A stretch of DNA of 64,000 nt from Chrysomallon squamiferum (GCA_012295275.1 CM022669.1:16616001-16680000), one strand, 5' to 3'; shown: positions 36,503-59,279, counted from the first letter of the stretch. Numbers and translations are program-made. Notes: a model not told the origin generated them from the sequence alone.

Positions 36503-37953
36503 TATTATTATTATTTTCACCCTAGTGTGACTCAATACTGGAAGATATTGATGAAGTGATTGTTGGTCTTTTGAAAGAGAATACTACAAAATCTAAACTG
36601 GAAAATGTTATTTGTCATGATGTTTCAGGTATTTTATTACTTTCATTTGGAAATAAAAACATATTTTAATATTAACAGTTAATATTATTAGAACCATCAG
36701 CCTTACATTTCATATATAATTATCATTTTGAAATGGGAAACCCACTGTCATCATCCCAAGGATTATTCTTACTGATTAGCAGCAAGAGATATGTAATTTT
36801 TCCTTCCCATAGAGTTGAAATCAGTCTTGATTAATGTACAGCCCAGTTGATGTAGGGAATAACATTGGGTTTCTTGATGTTAATAAGATCAACTCTAAGG
36901 ATGGCAGCAGCTGCCTTTTTTTTTTCTTTTTTTTTTAAATAACTCTTTCTGAGAATTAATACAGTTCATATAGTTATTAAAAGTAAATTTTATTTTTCAC
37001 ACATAATAAATATTGTAATTATGGAAAAGAAACACATGAATTATAAAACCAGTTTAAAATCATTATTTTTACCAGTTAATACTGTTTACTACACACAAAT
37101 GTTTAAAACTGATTTAATATTTAATTGAAAACATGCTCAGATTACATATTACATCTTCTTATACCATATTAAGATATGGATAACAGTTATATAAGGAAAA
37201 AATGAATTTTAGTTTATTACTGATTTCTGACACAATTATAGTAGTTTTTGAACCGTAATTCTAAATTTAATTAAAAGGATGCCCATACCACATATCACAC
37301 CATCTTATCCCATATTTAGATATGGATAACTGTTACATAACAAAACAACGAACTTGAATTCTTTACTAATGTCTTTCTAGTAATTACTGACACAACTATT
37401 ATATATTTTTTTAAATGTCATTTAAATTTTAATTAAGAGGATGTCCTTTTCTCCATGACTATTATATATTAACAAAACAACCTTAAATTTGAATTATTTA
37501 CTACTGATCTGTGACACACAACTGTTATATTTTCAAAACTGTAATCTAAAATTTAACTAACAGGATATTTTTTGTTTGTTTTTCATTTCCTTCCTAACAG
37601 AGGCATGCACCAGAGAGCAGCTCAGTGTTCCTCTGAACACAGGTGCTGCAGAAGTAGACGAAAAGGACGCCAACACTGCCAGGCAGAAGTCTCAGTCTGA
37701 GGAAAACACTGACACTGGGGATAGCGATGATGTTGATGATGATGATGAAGCGAAAAATGTTGACGTGAATAAAGGAGATGGTGTTGATGGAATGGAGAAT
37801 GTTGGTGAAGAAAATAAGGAGAAAACTGATGAACCGAAAGGAGATGGTGTTGATGAAATGAAAGAGAATATTGTTGAGAAGAAAGAAGAAAGTATTGATG
37901 ACGAAACAAATGTCAAAGTTGATGTTGAAGAAAAGAGAAAAGAAGAGTTGTGA
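33490..37953 (+). CDS. CNPY2: Canopy (CNPY2/Seele-type) saposin-fold ER protein with long acidic tail (complete, 5 coding exons, 282 aa)
   Basis: Exons 33490-33574, 34802-34917, 35597-35788, 36526-36628, 37601-37953 (849 nt, GT-AG, phases 1/0/0/1). Hydrophobic N-terminus, CxxC..I.DEL.W.I, VPYA.S, six saposin cysteines, C-terminal KEEL. The symbol is the closest family member; orthology is not proven. Confidence 0.85.
34802..34917 (+). CDS. Canopy exon ([39 protein letters not shown])
   Basis: 116 nt, cag/gtatga; absent from the ORF track. Confidence 0.92.
35597..35788 (+). CDS. Canopy exon ([21 protein letters not shown]...TLKYY)
   Basis: 192 nt, cag/gtaagt. Confidence 0.93.
36526..36628 (+). 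CDS. Canopy exon ([34 protein letters not shown])
   Basis: 103 nt, tag/gtattt. Confidence 0.9.
36737..36815 (-). mobile_element. Possible degenerate fragment of a molluscan SINE core (Meta/RUDI-type domain)
   Basis: gaaacccactgtc...gattagcagcaagagat resembles, from memory only, the conserved core GAAACCCGCTG...GATTAGCAGCAAGGGAT. Confidence 0.35.
37163..37567. repeat. Three degenerate ~115-145 bp tandem copies in the last Canopy intron
   Basis: Recurring CCATAT..AGATATGGATAAC ... TGACACAA ... TTTAA.TAA.AGGAT blocks starting near 37163, 37309, 37455. Confidence 0.7.
37601..37953 (+). CDS. Canopy terminal exon (ACTREQL...acidic tail...KRKEEL, TGA)
   Basis: Strong polypyrimidine acceptor, sixth Cys, KDEL-type terminus. 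Confidence 0.9.
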
Positions 37954-38220
37954 ATGTCTCAGTGCTAATTGTGTGTTTTCTTTGTTTTTTCTTTAGTTTC
38001 ATAGTAATTAGTTTGAATTTATTTATAACCAACAAAGTCAAACTGATTAATATATATAAATCAGATCAGCACATCATTTGCTCTTGTTGTTTTAGTTCCA
38101 TACCTGGTTTAAAGATTCTTATTTTTATTGTATTAAGAAAAACAACAAAAAAACCCCACATAAATAAACAAAGAATAATAAATAAATAAAGAAAGAAAGA
38201 ATAATAAATAAATTCATTAA

Positions 38221-38255
<35 letters not shown>

Positions 38256-38670
38256 AACTTTTTTTCCATGTTAGGTTATATGCTTGTTAAAATCTGATAC
38301 AGTACAGCCTTTTTTCACTAGCTTATTAAATTTTTCCCAATCTATTTTGAGCATATTAATCATAATTTGACACCATGTTCTTCTTAAAAATTATCATCAT
38401 GTTAAATAGTATAGTTCTACTTATTATTAATATTATTAAGATGAAAAACTAAAAGATTTACACTGTAATGTTAAACAGAAAAAAAGGCGCCAACTTAGAA
38501 CAAGGGAAGTAATCTTTGATGGAAAGCTAGTCTACATATCTGTACGGAGTTACCTAGAAGGAATAAATAAAATTTTATAGATAATTAAATAAATAATAAT
38601 AATAATAATAAATATATTTAGAAGAATAAAACTTAGAATTATTTTACCTGTCAGGGATTACTGAAATCCA

Positions 38671-38684
38671 GTTACCATGGCAAC
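38671..38684. promoter_or_regulatory. RFX X-box motif GTTACCATGGCAAC
   Basis: Full match to the palindromic X-box consensus; function unverified. Confidence 0.45.
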
Positions 38685-38907
38685 CGAGGTAGAAACCCGT
38701 AACAATGTGGAAATTATGTGTGAAGATGATTTAGTTGAATCAGAATTATGGCTGTATTTGTCTGATAACTTTTGAATGATGAAAGTTTAGCTAAAATTAA
38801 TATAACCTGTATGCAATAACGTCACGACTATGGAAAAGGCAACGCCCAGTTATTTTTAAACCATACTCTTTGTTTATTATACTTCTTTATTAATTAAGAG
38901 TGGACTA

Positions 38908-38929
38908 AATAATAATAATAATAATAATA

Positions 38930-38960
<31 letters not shown>

Positions 38961-38975
38961 TATTATTATTATTAT

Positions 38976-39058
<83 letters not shown>

Positions 39059-39070
39059 TTGTTATTATTA
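38908..39070. repeat. (AAT)n(ATT)n palindrome followed by (AGT)n
   Basis: Direct reading; symmetry centre at 38930/38931. Confidence 0.9.
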
Positions 39071-40176
39071 GACTATTGCTTCATATTAACAAAGGTTCAT
39101 TTTGGTTTGACCATCATTACTAAGAGAAACACTAAAATAACAACAGTACACGTCTTGTATTTACAACCTTTTTATTTGTTTTCTCTGATGATTTAGTTCG
39201 TAGAAAGCAACAGGGAATATATAAAATAGAGAGAGAGAAAAACAACAACAAAAATCAACAAATTGAACATGCATTGTCAACAAGGGATGGTATCATTAAC
39301 AAAGCATTGAGACCGACACATTTGCCATTTAAACGAAGCATGATTTAATATCTACGACCATCATCTACCTGATTTGATTAACCGATTTTGCTAATCGTAG
39401 TGATTTCATAGTAACAACAAATAATGACTTTTACATTATTAGCAGAAATTATTAATACTTGAAACAGTTTTAATTTAAAAATAATAATAATAATAATAAT
39501 TAAAATATGAATTCTTTGAAACTGCTTAATGAAATTGGAAATTTATATCACTGCTGCCTTTCTGTTTTTCCTGTTACCACGAACAACTGAAAACAAATAA
39601 CTATAATAATACAATCGTAAATAATCTTACTACAAGATACATTGTTTTTTGATTCTGAAGAAAAATCACTTTCGAATTTTATTATATTGTTGTGATATAC
39701 CATACGTATTTAAATATGTAATTTAATATTATTTATTTAACTAGTTACATAATAACAACAAACTAAATTATTTAATTAATATTACAATACTTTAACAGAC
39801 TTGAATTTCCGTTCTTAATACTCAGATTTTTTTATTTCTTTTGCGTCTTATCATTTCTTCTTTTTGTCCACATTTTAACCGTAGTTTTGCAATTGTTCGT
39901 CTTTTTCATATGCATTCTTGCTTACTATAGTTTCTAAAGACAAATGCTTTAATAAGCTTTCGTTTTCAAAAGTTCTGCAGCTTCAGAAACTAAGAGATCA
40001 AATTTCCAACATGTAAGAAGTCTAATATGACTAACAAGGAATGATGATAAATATAGAAAATTTCTATTTGTAACAGTAAAACATGAAAAATAATCGGCAT
40101 TGATAACAGGAAAGACGATATAATGGGTTGACATTTTGTATATATACACATATCTACAGCTATATATTTGTTTTTC

Positions 40177-40240
<64 letters not shown>

Positions 40241-40502
40241 AAGGGTAACGTGGAGAACAGAAAACATGACTTCATTATCATAAATTTTGATTGGAATGGA
40301 AGATCAATGAGAAATAACATGTGACAGCATATACACATACATTCAGCGTAAGAGTGATGTGTTATAATACCAACAAATTAATTAAACAATAGAAAAAAAA
40401 AATCTGTCTTTTTAATAATACTATCCTTAACTTAAATATTATTTAAATATCGATAAATCTTTAGACAGGAAGGAAACAATATACGAACGCATACGAACAC
40501 AC

Positions 40503-40504
<2 letters not shown>

Positions 40505-40593
<89 letters not shown>
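40505..40593. repeat. (CT)n microsatellite
   Basis: Direct reading. Confidence 0.95.
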
Positions 40594-40596
<3 letters not shown>

Positions 40597-41197
40597 CATT
40601 TAGATGATTATCTGAAATGCTTTACTTTTGCAGAATTTACGAACAGCGGACGGACTTTTAACAAATTTAGAACACGTGGTACCATAGCGAATTAACACAA
40701 TAAAGCAACACTTCATTTGTTTTTTTCTCCATTAAATCTTAGTTATTTGTAATTAGTTTTAAACAATTATACAAATGACATATATTGACAAGTAGCCAAC
40801 ATTTTTTGAAATTAATAACTGAGGTAAATATAATTTAAAAAAAAGAAAAAAGAAAGAAAAAAAAAGGTGTTAAGAAAACGATAAAAATGACACAGCCTCA
40901 CCAGAAAGCGTTACGGATTCTAGTTTAAAGTATGTAGATTTATTTTAATCTTTAATTATTATTAAAATCATTGTTGATTAACTAAAGAGGTGAAAATTAT
41001 ATTTGATCGATTAAGCTACTTTTTGTTGGAAACATTTGACCTAACTGCCTAATATAAAACCAATAACATAATTAAATAATGTGCGATAATAAAGTTTTGT
41101 AATGATCAAAACTGAAGAAAGCATAAATGTTACAGTTTGTAAATCTTTGCGATCATGGTGTGTGTTTTGTTAATTTCCATTATGGAAATATTTTAAA

Positions 41198-41237
<40 letters not shown>

Positions 41238-41947
41238 AAAAAATTAGTGAGAAGAAAAAATATTTTTACTGTAGACGAAATTATAAAAATTATAATGGTC
41301 ACTATGCTACATGCTGTGAAATTAAATTTTACAAAAGTTCATAGTATCACACTAAACTTTAAAAAAAAAAAAAAGTAAATAATGGACTGTAAAACAGAAT
41401 AATAAAAATTATCTATCAGCATTTTAAAAAAGTTAAAAAAAAGAAAAGAAAAAAAAAAAAGAAGTTTAAACTGGAATAAAACAAATTTTTAAATATATAT
41501 AGGTGTATGAATATGTATTTGTATTGTATATTTTAGGAGTTAAAGAATTTAAAATCTCAGAAAAAGGAACAATCAGTATTCAGATCAAATTAGAAGAAAT
41601 CCCATACCTAACGGAAATATGTTTTGCGCGAATCACAGTCGAAAACATTGCAACACGTCACACGAATACTGCATTTGACGAAAAATAGAGATTTTCGTTG
41701 AATCTTTATTTTTCAGTATATTAAAGCAATAATTGCGGAGTGAAAAGGATAAGAATTCGAGAAAGGAATACCAGTGTACTGTACAATTTAACTTTATACT
41801 GTTAACATCTTTTTTTTAAATTTTATACACATAAATATCACACACAATTACTTACATATTAACAATATTTACATATAAACAGGATTATGTACATTACATT
41901 ACATACCACATACTTTAAATATCGGTAACTGTGCCACAGACATTACG

Positions 41948-42013
<66 letters not shown>

Positions 42014-42281
42014 ACACACTTCCACGTTGTATACAAGTTATTAAACTGTAAGCATTTTGGTGACTGTATCATTAGACATTTATTTTATTTTCTAAGTCAT
42101 TTTTAGAAGAAAAAAAAACACATTTCTTTAGGCTGACCGGGATAAGAAAAAACAAACAAACAAAAGACGATGTAAGATTCATAACCAATAATACATCATC
42201 AGTAAATTGAAAGGATCTTAATATTTCATTGGTTGTTTTGTGGCAAACGAATCTGTTTGATTCAAGCAGGTCAGTATACAT

Positions 42282-42412
42282 CATGGCCGTAACTAGACTC
42301 TTTTTGAAAGAGGCAACATTTAGGCGAGTGGTCTGGGGCATAGACATAAACGAATTTATTCAGTGGATATTGTTTCTATCGGAATAGAGATTTATATATT
42401 TTTAAAATAACT

Positions 42413-42452
<40 letters not shown>

Positions 42453-42506
42453 TCAACTTCGGTATGAGGTATTTGCCTCATTTGCCTCAATATAGTTACG
42501 GCCATG
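42282..42506. mobile_element. Non-autonomous DNA transposon (MITE, hAT-like ends)
   Basis: Perfect 14-bp TIRs CATGGCCGTAACTA / TAGTTACGGCCATG, subterminal GAGGCA/TGCCTC motifs, internal (AT)n; no clear TSD. Confidence 0.7.
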
Positions 42507-42514
42507 TATTATTA

Positions 42515-42550
<36 letters not shown>

Positions 42551-42730
42551 AAATGAATAATATAGTATTGAAAAAATGTTCAAAGCTGTTTTTGAAACAT
42601 TTTATCAATATATTCATGACGTGCTAGAATTATTTTCATTTAAATAATTAAAACGTTATCATGTTCGTAAAAGCGTAGCTCGAAGCAGGCGTCAAAATTC
42701 GAGCTGTATTTGTACTTTAACACAACAAGC

Positions 42731-42845
42731 TGACGTCAACTGGGTGAAACTGTCACGTGATCACGTGCATCACGCGTTCAACGTTAATCTGTTTTGTTGA
42801 TTAATCCAACGTACAGATAGACAAGGCAGACATGACGTGACGTCT
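42731..42845. promoter_or_regulatory. CRE / E-box motif cluster
   Basis: TGACGTCA at 42731, GTCACGTGATCACGTG at 42752-42767, TGACGTGACGTC at 42833. Confidence 0.45.
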
Positions 42846-42968
42846 GCGTATGAGATGAAGTGAGATTCACTGATGTAAATATCGGCTGTTATATTTGGCT
42901 GATAATGATAATGAATATGTTAGAAAAAACGGCAAACATTTTTACACATTTCATTGAGGTGAGATGCA

Positions 42969-43025
<57 letters not shown>

Positions 43026-43146
43026 AATAAATAAATAAATAAACTCTATTATAGGCGGCCAAAATATTATCTCGCAAAAGAGCTGTTCGGCGCTATTTGA
43101 TCGATATGATTATCAAGATGAAATGATTTTAACAAAAGGAAAAAAA

Positions 43147-43155
<9 letters not shown>

Positions 43156-43225
<70 letters not shown>
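43156..43225. repeat. (GA)n microsatellite
   Basis: Direct reading. Confidence 0.95.
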
Positions 43226-43228
<3 letters not shown>

Positions 43229-46133
43229 GACAACATCTAGTACATTATCGGCGGATCTGCGTATGACAGTGATTATAAATAGAATGCACTTGGCGCCATT
43301 TTCAACCAGTTGAGCGAACGACATATAAACATTGGATGTTAGTATTGGTCGTGTCCTACTAAACCGTTGATGCAAATTGCTGATTTGATTTGCTGATGTT
43401 TGTTTCAACACAGAGCAGTGGTTACTTACATTATTAGTAGCAAATTAAATTCCGCACTTTGATCCAGAATGTTACAGTGAAGCTAATGGATGTCATATTT
43501 GTAGATCAGCACGGAGTCACCGTGGAAAAAAAAAAAAGCTAATGGAATTCACAATTACAGTTAATACGTTTTAAATTCATTTAAACAGCGACGATAGAAT
43601 CATTTGTCGGCAGCGCTGGCAGAAAATCCAGAGAATGTTTTTTTTTTTTTTTTTTAAATTTTTTTTTTTTTTTTTTTTTAAATTTTATTTCAATAATGGT
43701 TTGCTAAGACTTGTGGACCACTGGGGATCATGGAACATTAGGAATCCTTCTGAGTGCTTATGTTATTATTATTATTTTTGGTTTAAATAAATTTATCGCT
43801 CGCTAACAAGGATGAAATGAAATAATTAGCATTCACGTATTTGATCATCTGAAATAGCTTGTTTATTTAAAATAACGATTACAATTTACTCATAACAGAG
43901 GGGATATACTGACGGTAAGGAATAAATACATTTTTTTTTTATGATACTGCTGTTATGAAATGAGGCTTGTTTGTTGTTTGTGCTATGAAATTAATATCAT
44001 TCAAACATTTACAAGACACGTAAATTGTTAACACTGTACACATAGTCCATGATAAACTATCTAAACAAAAGGACATGCATTGGTATGTATCACCCTTATG
44101 CGATGAACTACTTTTAATTATGTACACGATAAATTATTATAATCGTGATGAAAATACAATATGAAGTATTATAATTAAATTTAATTAATGCATTAATTAT
44201 TATTTGGAATAATGAATAAATAAAGTTTTGCATAAACGTTAGAGTAATGAAACATTAAGTAAATTAATTTATGGCTTTTCTACGAAATATTTAAAACTAA
44301 CTATCTCTATAAAAGTATTGTTAATAATATTTAAAATAGAGAAGTATTATCAATACTAACAGCAAATGCTGTAAATCTTATACCTAATATTAATATAAAA
44401 ATTCATAATCATTTAAAAAAATTAAATTACAGTTAGAAAAAAGAAAAATCGTTTAATTTTACACATCTAAACGTGTACTAATTGTAAATGTATATGTGTC
44501 TGTCAGTTTTTGTGTTTGTCTGAAAGCGTGCAAGTATTTGCATTATCGTCACTACATGGAATCAGTAACCAATGAACGAAGCAGGCTATAACTAACACCG
44601 AAAAAAAATGTCTAAATAACTAAATTCTTTTTATCAAAAATAAAAATAACAAAAAATTAAAGAAGAAAAAAAAAGAAAGAGAGAAAGAGAGAGAGAAAAA
44701 CAATAAATAAAAAAAGACGATGCCAATTTCGGGTGGGGGGAAACAGGATTTCTTAGAGAATATGTTCTTTCCGGAAAAATATCGAACAGTAACTCAAGTG
44801 AGAAAAATAAAATCACAAAAAAATCCGTGCACTGCAGTATGTCTCTGCGTATCTGTGCAAAATGCCACCTGTGCCAGAGTAATAGTGTGTGTATGTTGTG
44901 TGTGATTGACAGTTGTTTACTTTGTTTTCCCACAAACGTGCAGTCAGACAATGTTTATCTCGACTAGAGAACACCCAAGGCACTGTTATAAGGAATCGTT
45001 GCAGTTTGCCGATCAAACACGTCCGTCTTTCACTTCATCTCTCACGTTTGCTGTCTTTTCAGTGGGTTAATGTCTCACTTACCAAGTATTATTAGATCAG
45101 TGCCTGTCACTTGTCACAACAGGCTTTTTCTTTATATATATATATATATATATATATATTCTACAATAGATTATCTGTCATGTATGTCATAGGAGTTGAT
45201 TATCTTCAACATATGTCACAGTTGGTTATTTATATGCTACATCTTATAGTCAGTCTGTCATTTGTGTGCCACACATCTCGACACAGTAGGTTTCTATCTG
45301 TCACATGTCTTAAAACGAAGATTTTTGTCTCACTGGTCAACATCAGGCAAGTTGCTTTTTCTTTCTGTTTCTTTTGAGGAACCTTTTTGTGTTCCTTATG
45401 GTATGAAAAATTATGACCTCCCTACAAACGAGTGCAAATAACGTTAGTCTGTTCAGAATTTGCATATTACTGTAAATCAAAGTTTTCATACAAACGGGAA
45501 CACCACAAGAGGTGAAGATTTACCATAACAACCCAAATCCATTTTATCTTGTTCAGATCAGTGTCAATGGACTCTTGTTTCAATTTGACATTACATTTCA
45601 CACCACTGGAAACGACCATTCATTTTCACAGGGCTCAAATGAATCGCTCTTTCTTTTTTTTTTTTGTTTCCAACGCTCTGACAACTTTAGAAACGGTGTT
45701 ACAGCCAACTGTATTTGCTCGAACACTGTGACTATCAAGGCACATTTCATCCGATCCTTCATTTAAAATTTTAGAGTACAGACTTCAATTCAAAAACTGA
45801 TATTTAATTAAAAAAAAAAATTATATAAAATTTCGATTAAATTAAATTCCATGATATTTCTTCTATCTGTTAAAACAACAGACCGCTTTTGAGTCCATTC
45901 TCTAAATTTTTATAAAAATTTGGGCACCTGTCTTCTGTTGTCTTGGAAACAATATTCCCCGAGCCATGATCTATCTGCCTTGTATTGCCATGGCTACCTT
46001 GACCTGATCTTTTTTTTTTCTCGGCGCTGAGACTTGATTCGTGTGGGTGTGTTTACTGGGGTTGAGGGACTTCGGCCTGCATCGAGTTTTTTTTTTTTTT
46101 TTTTTTTGCTCTTGTTCTTTTGTTACTTTACGT

Positions 46134-55168
<9,035 letters not shown>

Positions 55169-55770
55169 CTGGGTAAAAAAGACAATAATAATAACAACAA
55201 CAACAACAACAGCAACAGCGACAGCTGCAACAACAACAACAACAACAACAGCAACAACAACAGCAACAACAACAACAAGTTATTTTCTAAAGCTTTGGTA
55301 AAAAAAAAAATTGTTTTGTTTATGAGCGAATGCTTATGCATATGTATGTTTATAAATTTATAAATGAATGTTTATGCATATGTGTGTATAGTCATCTAAA
55401 ATGTTTTTATATATGTAGGTAATTATCTTTCAATCCATATCTCTGTATATCTCATTACGTGTGGTTTAGTTGAAAATAGTATTTAATAACTATAAAATAT
55501 GCTAATTCAAAAATCAGCCTGTAAAATAAAGTACAGATGAATTTGAAAATCTACACACGAACATACTGAATAATAAATTAAAAAAAAAAAAAAAAATCAT
55601 TAAATTCCTGTGAAATACATATATTACTTTAATAATTCATTCGCGTCTTGTGAGATTAAACTCCAAAGAATGATAAAGATTTTAATCAAGAAATGAAATA
55701 CAATTTATTTTTCTAAATCTGAACAAGACACAAAATTGCGTTTGTGAAAGAGAAAGCGTGCATTTTGTAT

Positions 55771-55801
<31 letters not shown>

Positions 55802-56311
55802 GTACGCATGGAGTGTTATTGTATCAGAGAGATACATGAAGTGTTGATGTATCAGAGAGACAGAGAGACGAAATGAATGACAGAAGGATAGAAAGAAAGA
55901 TAAACATTTTGTATTCTCCTGGGTGTTTTTTTCTCTTACTGGTATACGCGACGTGCTGCATGTTTTTTCAGCATCGCTCCTTTCTGTTTCGCTTTGCCAT
56001 CGTATAAACAAAGCAAACAAGGTCAGCGTGCAGTTCCCACGAGAACATTCTTCTCAGCAACGCGGTAATAGAAAACACGTGACAGCAGAGGCACACACCC
56101 TGCCTGCAAGGTATGGCTTGCATAGAAGAAATATGCCAACGCGATTCCAAGCTATTATCATAGAAACCATATCACTAACTCACAATTAGACAGAGAGAGA
56201 AAGAGAGACAGCTTCTGTTCTGTTTTCTAACATAACTCCGCCAGCGATGTAACTGGTCTTTGTTATGATTAAATGCAGACAGAACGGTAAAGGTTGTATT
56301 TTTTTCTTAAC

Positions 56312-56382
<71 letters not shown>

Positions 56383-56458
56383 TTTCTGAATCTATAATTT
56401 TGCCATCAGCAGTTATTTTCTGGATATATTTTAATAATAATGCTATGTAGTTAACGTC

Positions 56459-56518
<60 letters not shown>

Positions 56519-59279
56519 CAGTAGCAGTAGCAGAGGTAGTAGTAATAACAGTAATAATTATAATTATAATAAGAAGATAACGATGGCAATTTATGCTTTT
56601 GAAATCTTTGCCCTTTACGTGGTGCATCAAATATAAATTCATTTCTCTCTCAAATCACACACCATTGGTGACAAATTTTGGTATTTGTTTCAGCGGCTAG
56701 AGAGGCAAATGCAGGACAAGTAGATAAATGAGATTCTGCCACGGCAAATACTGATATATGGCCATGCCCATGTCATCAAGATCATTGCCAGCGTACTCTC
56801 GAGTTTGAATTATTTTGTTTCTCATACAGCCCAATCAAATCAGCGCTGATTAATAGATATCCAATTATAGATAAACCCACTTTAGCCTGCTGTGAGTTTT
56901 GGTGATACTGCCGCAGTGTCATACGTTAATATTGTAATAAAGAAGATGATGTATGCCAAATGATGACTTACGATTCAGAAGGACAAGCTGGGCTTCTGTC
57001 TATAATTGAAAACTCGGAAGATTCCCAGTCTCGGGAGGGAACCAATCAACAAGAACGCAGCAACGACATGACTATGCCAAGGAAACTGCAGTTGTTGTGA
57101 CACTCACGTTAGGCGGGTTTGCATTGGCCAGCTTGAAAAGACTCTTCTTTGTAATGGTTGAGTTATTCCTTGGAATGTTGAAGGTCAAGTGTCTCAGAAA
57201 TGGCTTTTTGTAATGCTTTGTTTATGGTTCGGAATAGGCTCATTATTAGAAGTAGATTGATAGCTATTTCACGTATCATTTTAAAATCAGTCTGCAAATA
57301 AAATGCCGCCATTGTGCGGGATTTAACAATGCAGAACTCGATGCTGAAGATGTTCGCATGGACAATTAAAAGCTTGTTCATGTGAATTTAATACGAAAGT
57401 GCTGGAAACGCAGACAGACGGAGTAAAAAAAGTAAAAACATTTTTACGCATGATAAAGATGATGTAGTTTATGAATGAATGAATGCCTTTTTCGCATACT
57501 AAGCAACCATTTCTCATTAATATGTGGTAGAGTGAACAGTAATAAATCAATACTTAAATCTGGCGTTTAATTTTCACACAAACTGTATTTTAAATATATT
57601 TAAACCATGAATTTGTAAATTTCTTAGCTGAAGATTGGAAGAAACCTAAAACGCTTTATTATATCCGTTTGATGCAGACTTACATTTCTACTGTTTCTGC
57701 AATAATTAGACATAGCTAACATATTAAAAATAAACCTAACTTTCCAAATTCATCACTAAACTTTAGATTAACATACACGACCTCTTTGCAGACATATGCA
57801 AGTCTAGACCCTGGTACAGCAGGAGCCAGAGTTTTATGTCTAAGGCAGAAGAGTAGACTGGCGTATAAGAGAATTAATTATAAAGAAACAACTGAACGTA
57901 ATTCCCTGTTAACTCTTATCCAGAAACTGATACTAGGATACAGCACTCGTAAACATCAGTTTTAAACCTAATGGATTAACCGCAAGTCTCAACAATGTTT
58001 CCGAGAGAGAGCTTCTGCGCTATCTTCAGTTAAGTCTTGATAGAAGTTGACATCAGAATATATTCCTGTAGCCAGGGTTCTTAACTCTGATGGATTCGCA
58101 CAGCGGCAGACTGTTGTTGCATGTGGCTTGTACCGCGATACCCTCGGAGGATCAGCGTGACTATTAAACACAGTAACATACGAGTCGTGATTAATGAGGA
58201 ATCAGATAATTCAATAGTATTAAGCAAGGGATTCGCGAGCAGCAGTGTCTGATTCTGCATACTGACGGCGAATTTACGCTACTCGAAGAAAAAATGTCGG
58301 CTCACCGGGAGATGGCATTCTCTCGGCTAATTACCATGCACCGCAGAGATTCAGAGCTGTTGGTAAGGGGTGAAGATGATACGGTTTGCTAAATGATATC
58401 ATTCTGCATGCATGTCATCGTTTTATCACTTGCATAACTTTCTTCTTCTTTTTTTTTTTTTTTTTTTTTTTTTTCTCTCTCTATTTTTTTCGGGGAAGAA
58501 GAAAACTGACTAGGACGAAATGTGTGTTTCTGTAGGAAGAAGAAAGCTTTATTAAAAGTCTTCAGTTGCCGGATAATTTTTTTTATTTTCTTCAGTAACT
58601 GTGAACTATGCGGATGTTTAATATTCTTTTCTTTTATCAGTTCACATAATATTAACTAGAAATCGGTAGAGATTACAAAATGAAATCAAGGTATTACTGA
58701 CATCTAACTAAATGCTGCTTTCATTTGATACTTTTTTATTTTACATAAGGACATTTGATGACTCATATGAGGTTAATCACAATCTGTTATAGTTTGTGTC
58801 GTTATAACAGAGGTTTGGTTCGACCGCAAGGTCTTATCATCGAGAGGACACCAGCGCTTAGAAAATGTAGTCGTTTGACTAGCGCGTTACTGTTGACTTC
58901 AGTTAAAGTTATTTCACTGAGGAGTTTATCAATAACAAAGAAATGAATTTGGCTTCCAAAGCCATCAGATTTTTCAAAGTCGCATAAATGCTTACTGTAT
59001 CAGGGGCCACAGGAGTAATGAAAATAATATCGAAATTTTGTGACAGGCGTTATCTCGACAAGTTAGAACGGAACGAATGCAGTTTTATTACTTGAAAACG
59101 TTCTTCAGTAACGGTGGTTTGAACTGGTCGGTGACCGAAGCACGCAGAGCGAGGCATCACAAGAGAGTCGACGAGTTTCTCACTTTCTCTCCTGCTCATT
59201 TAATCAACGAACTCGGACTGATTTAACATCCTTAATATCGCGCGAATCTGACCAGTGCTTGTTCTGTCAAACAGCTTCC

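Noticed and set aside
45865-46133. Open frame after the SK stop (LDAGRSPSTPV...) suggesting readthrough or frameshift at an A run
   Set aside because: The stop is TAG-ACG-TAA (double stop), and the open stretch is in another frame with no acceptor or homology; treated as 3'UTR.
55900-58400. Search for the SK pore (GYGD) exon or other coding exons, e.g. ORFs 55968-56150, 57163-57381, 57989-58171
   Set aside because: No GYG motif or recognisable domain and no consistent splice/phase chain was found.
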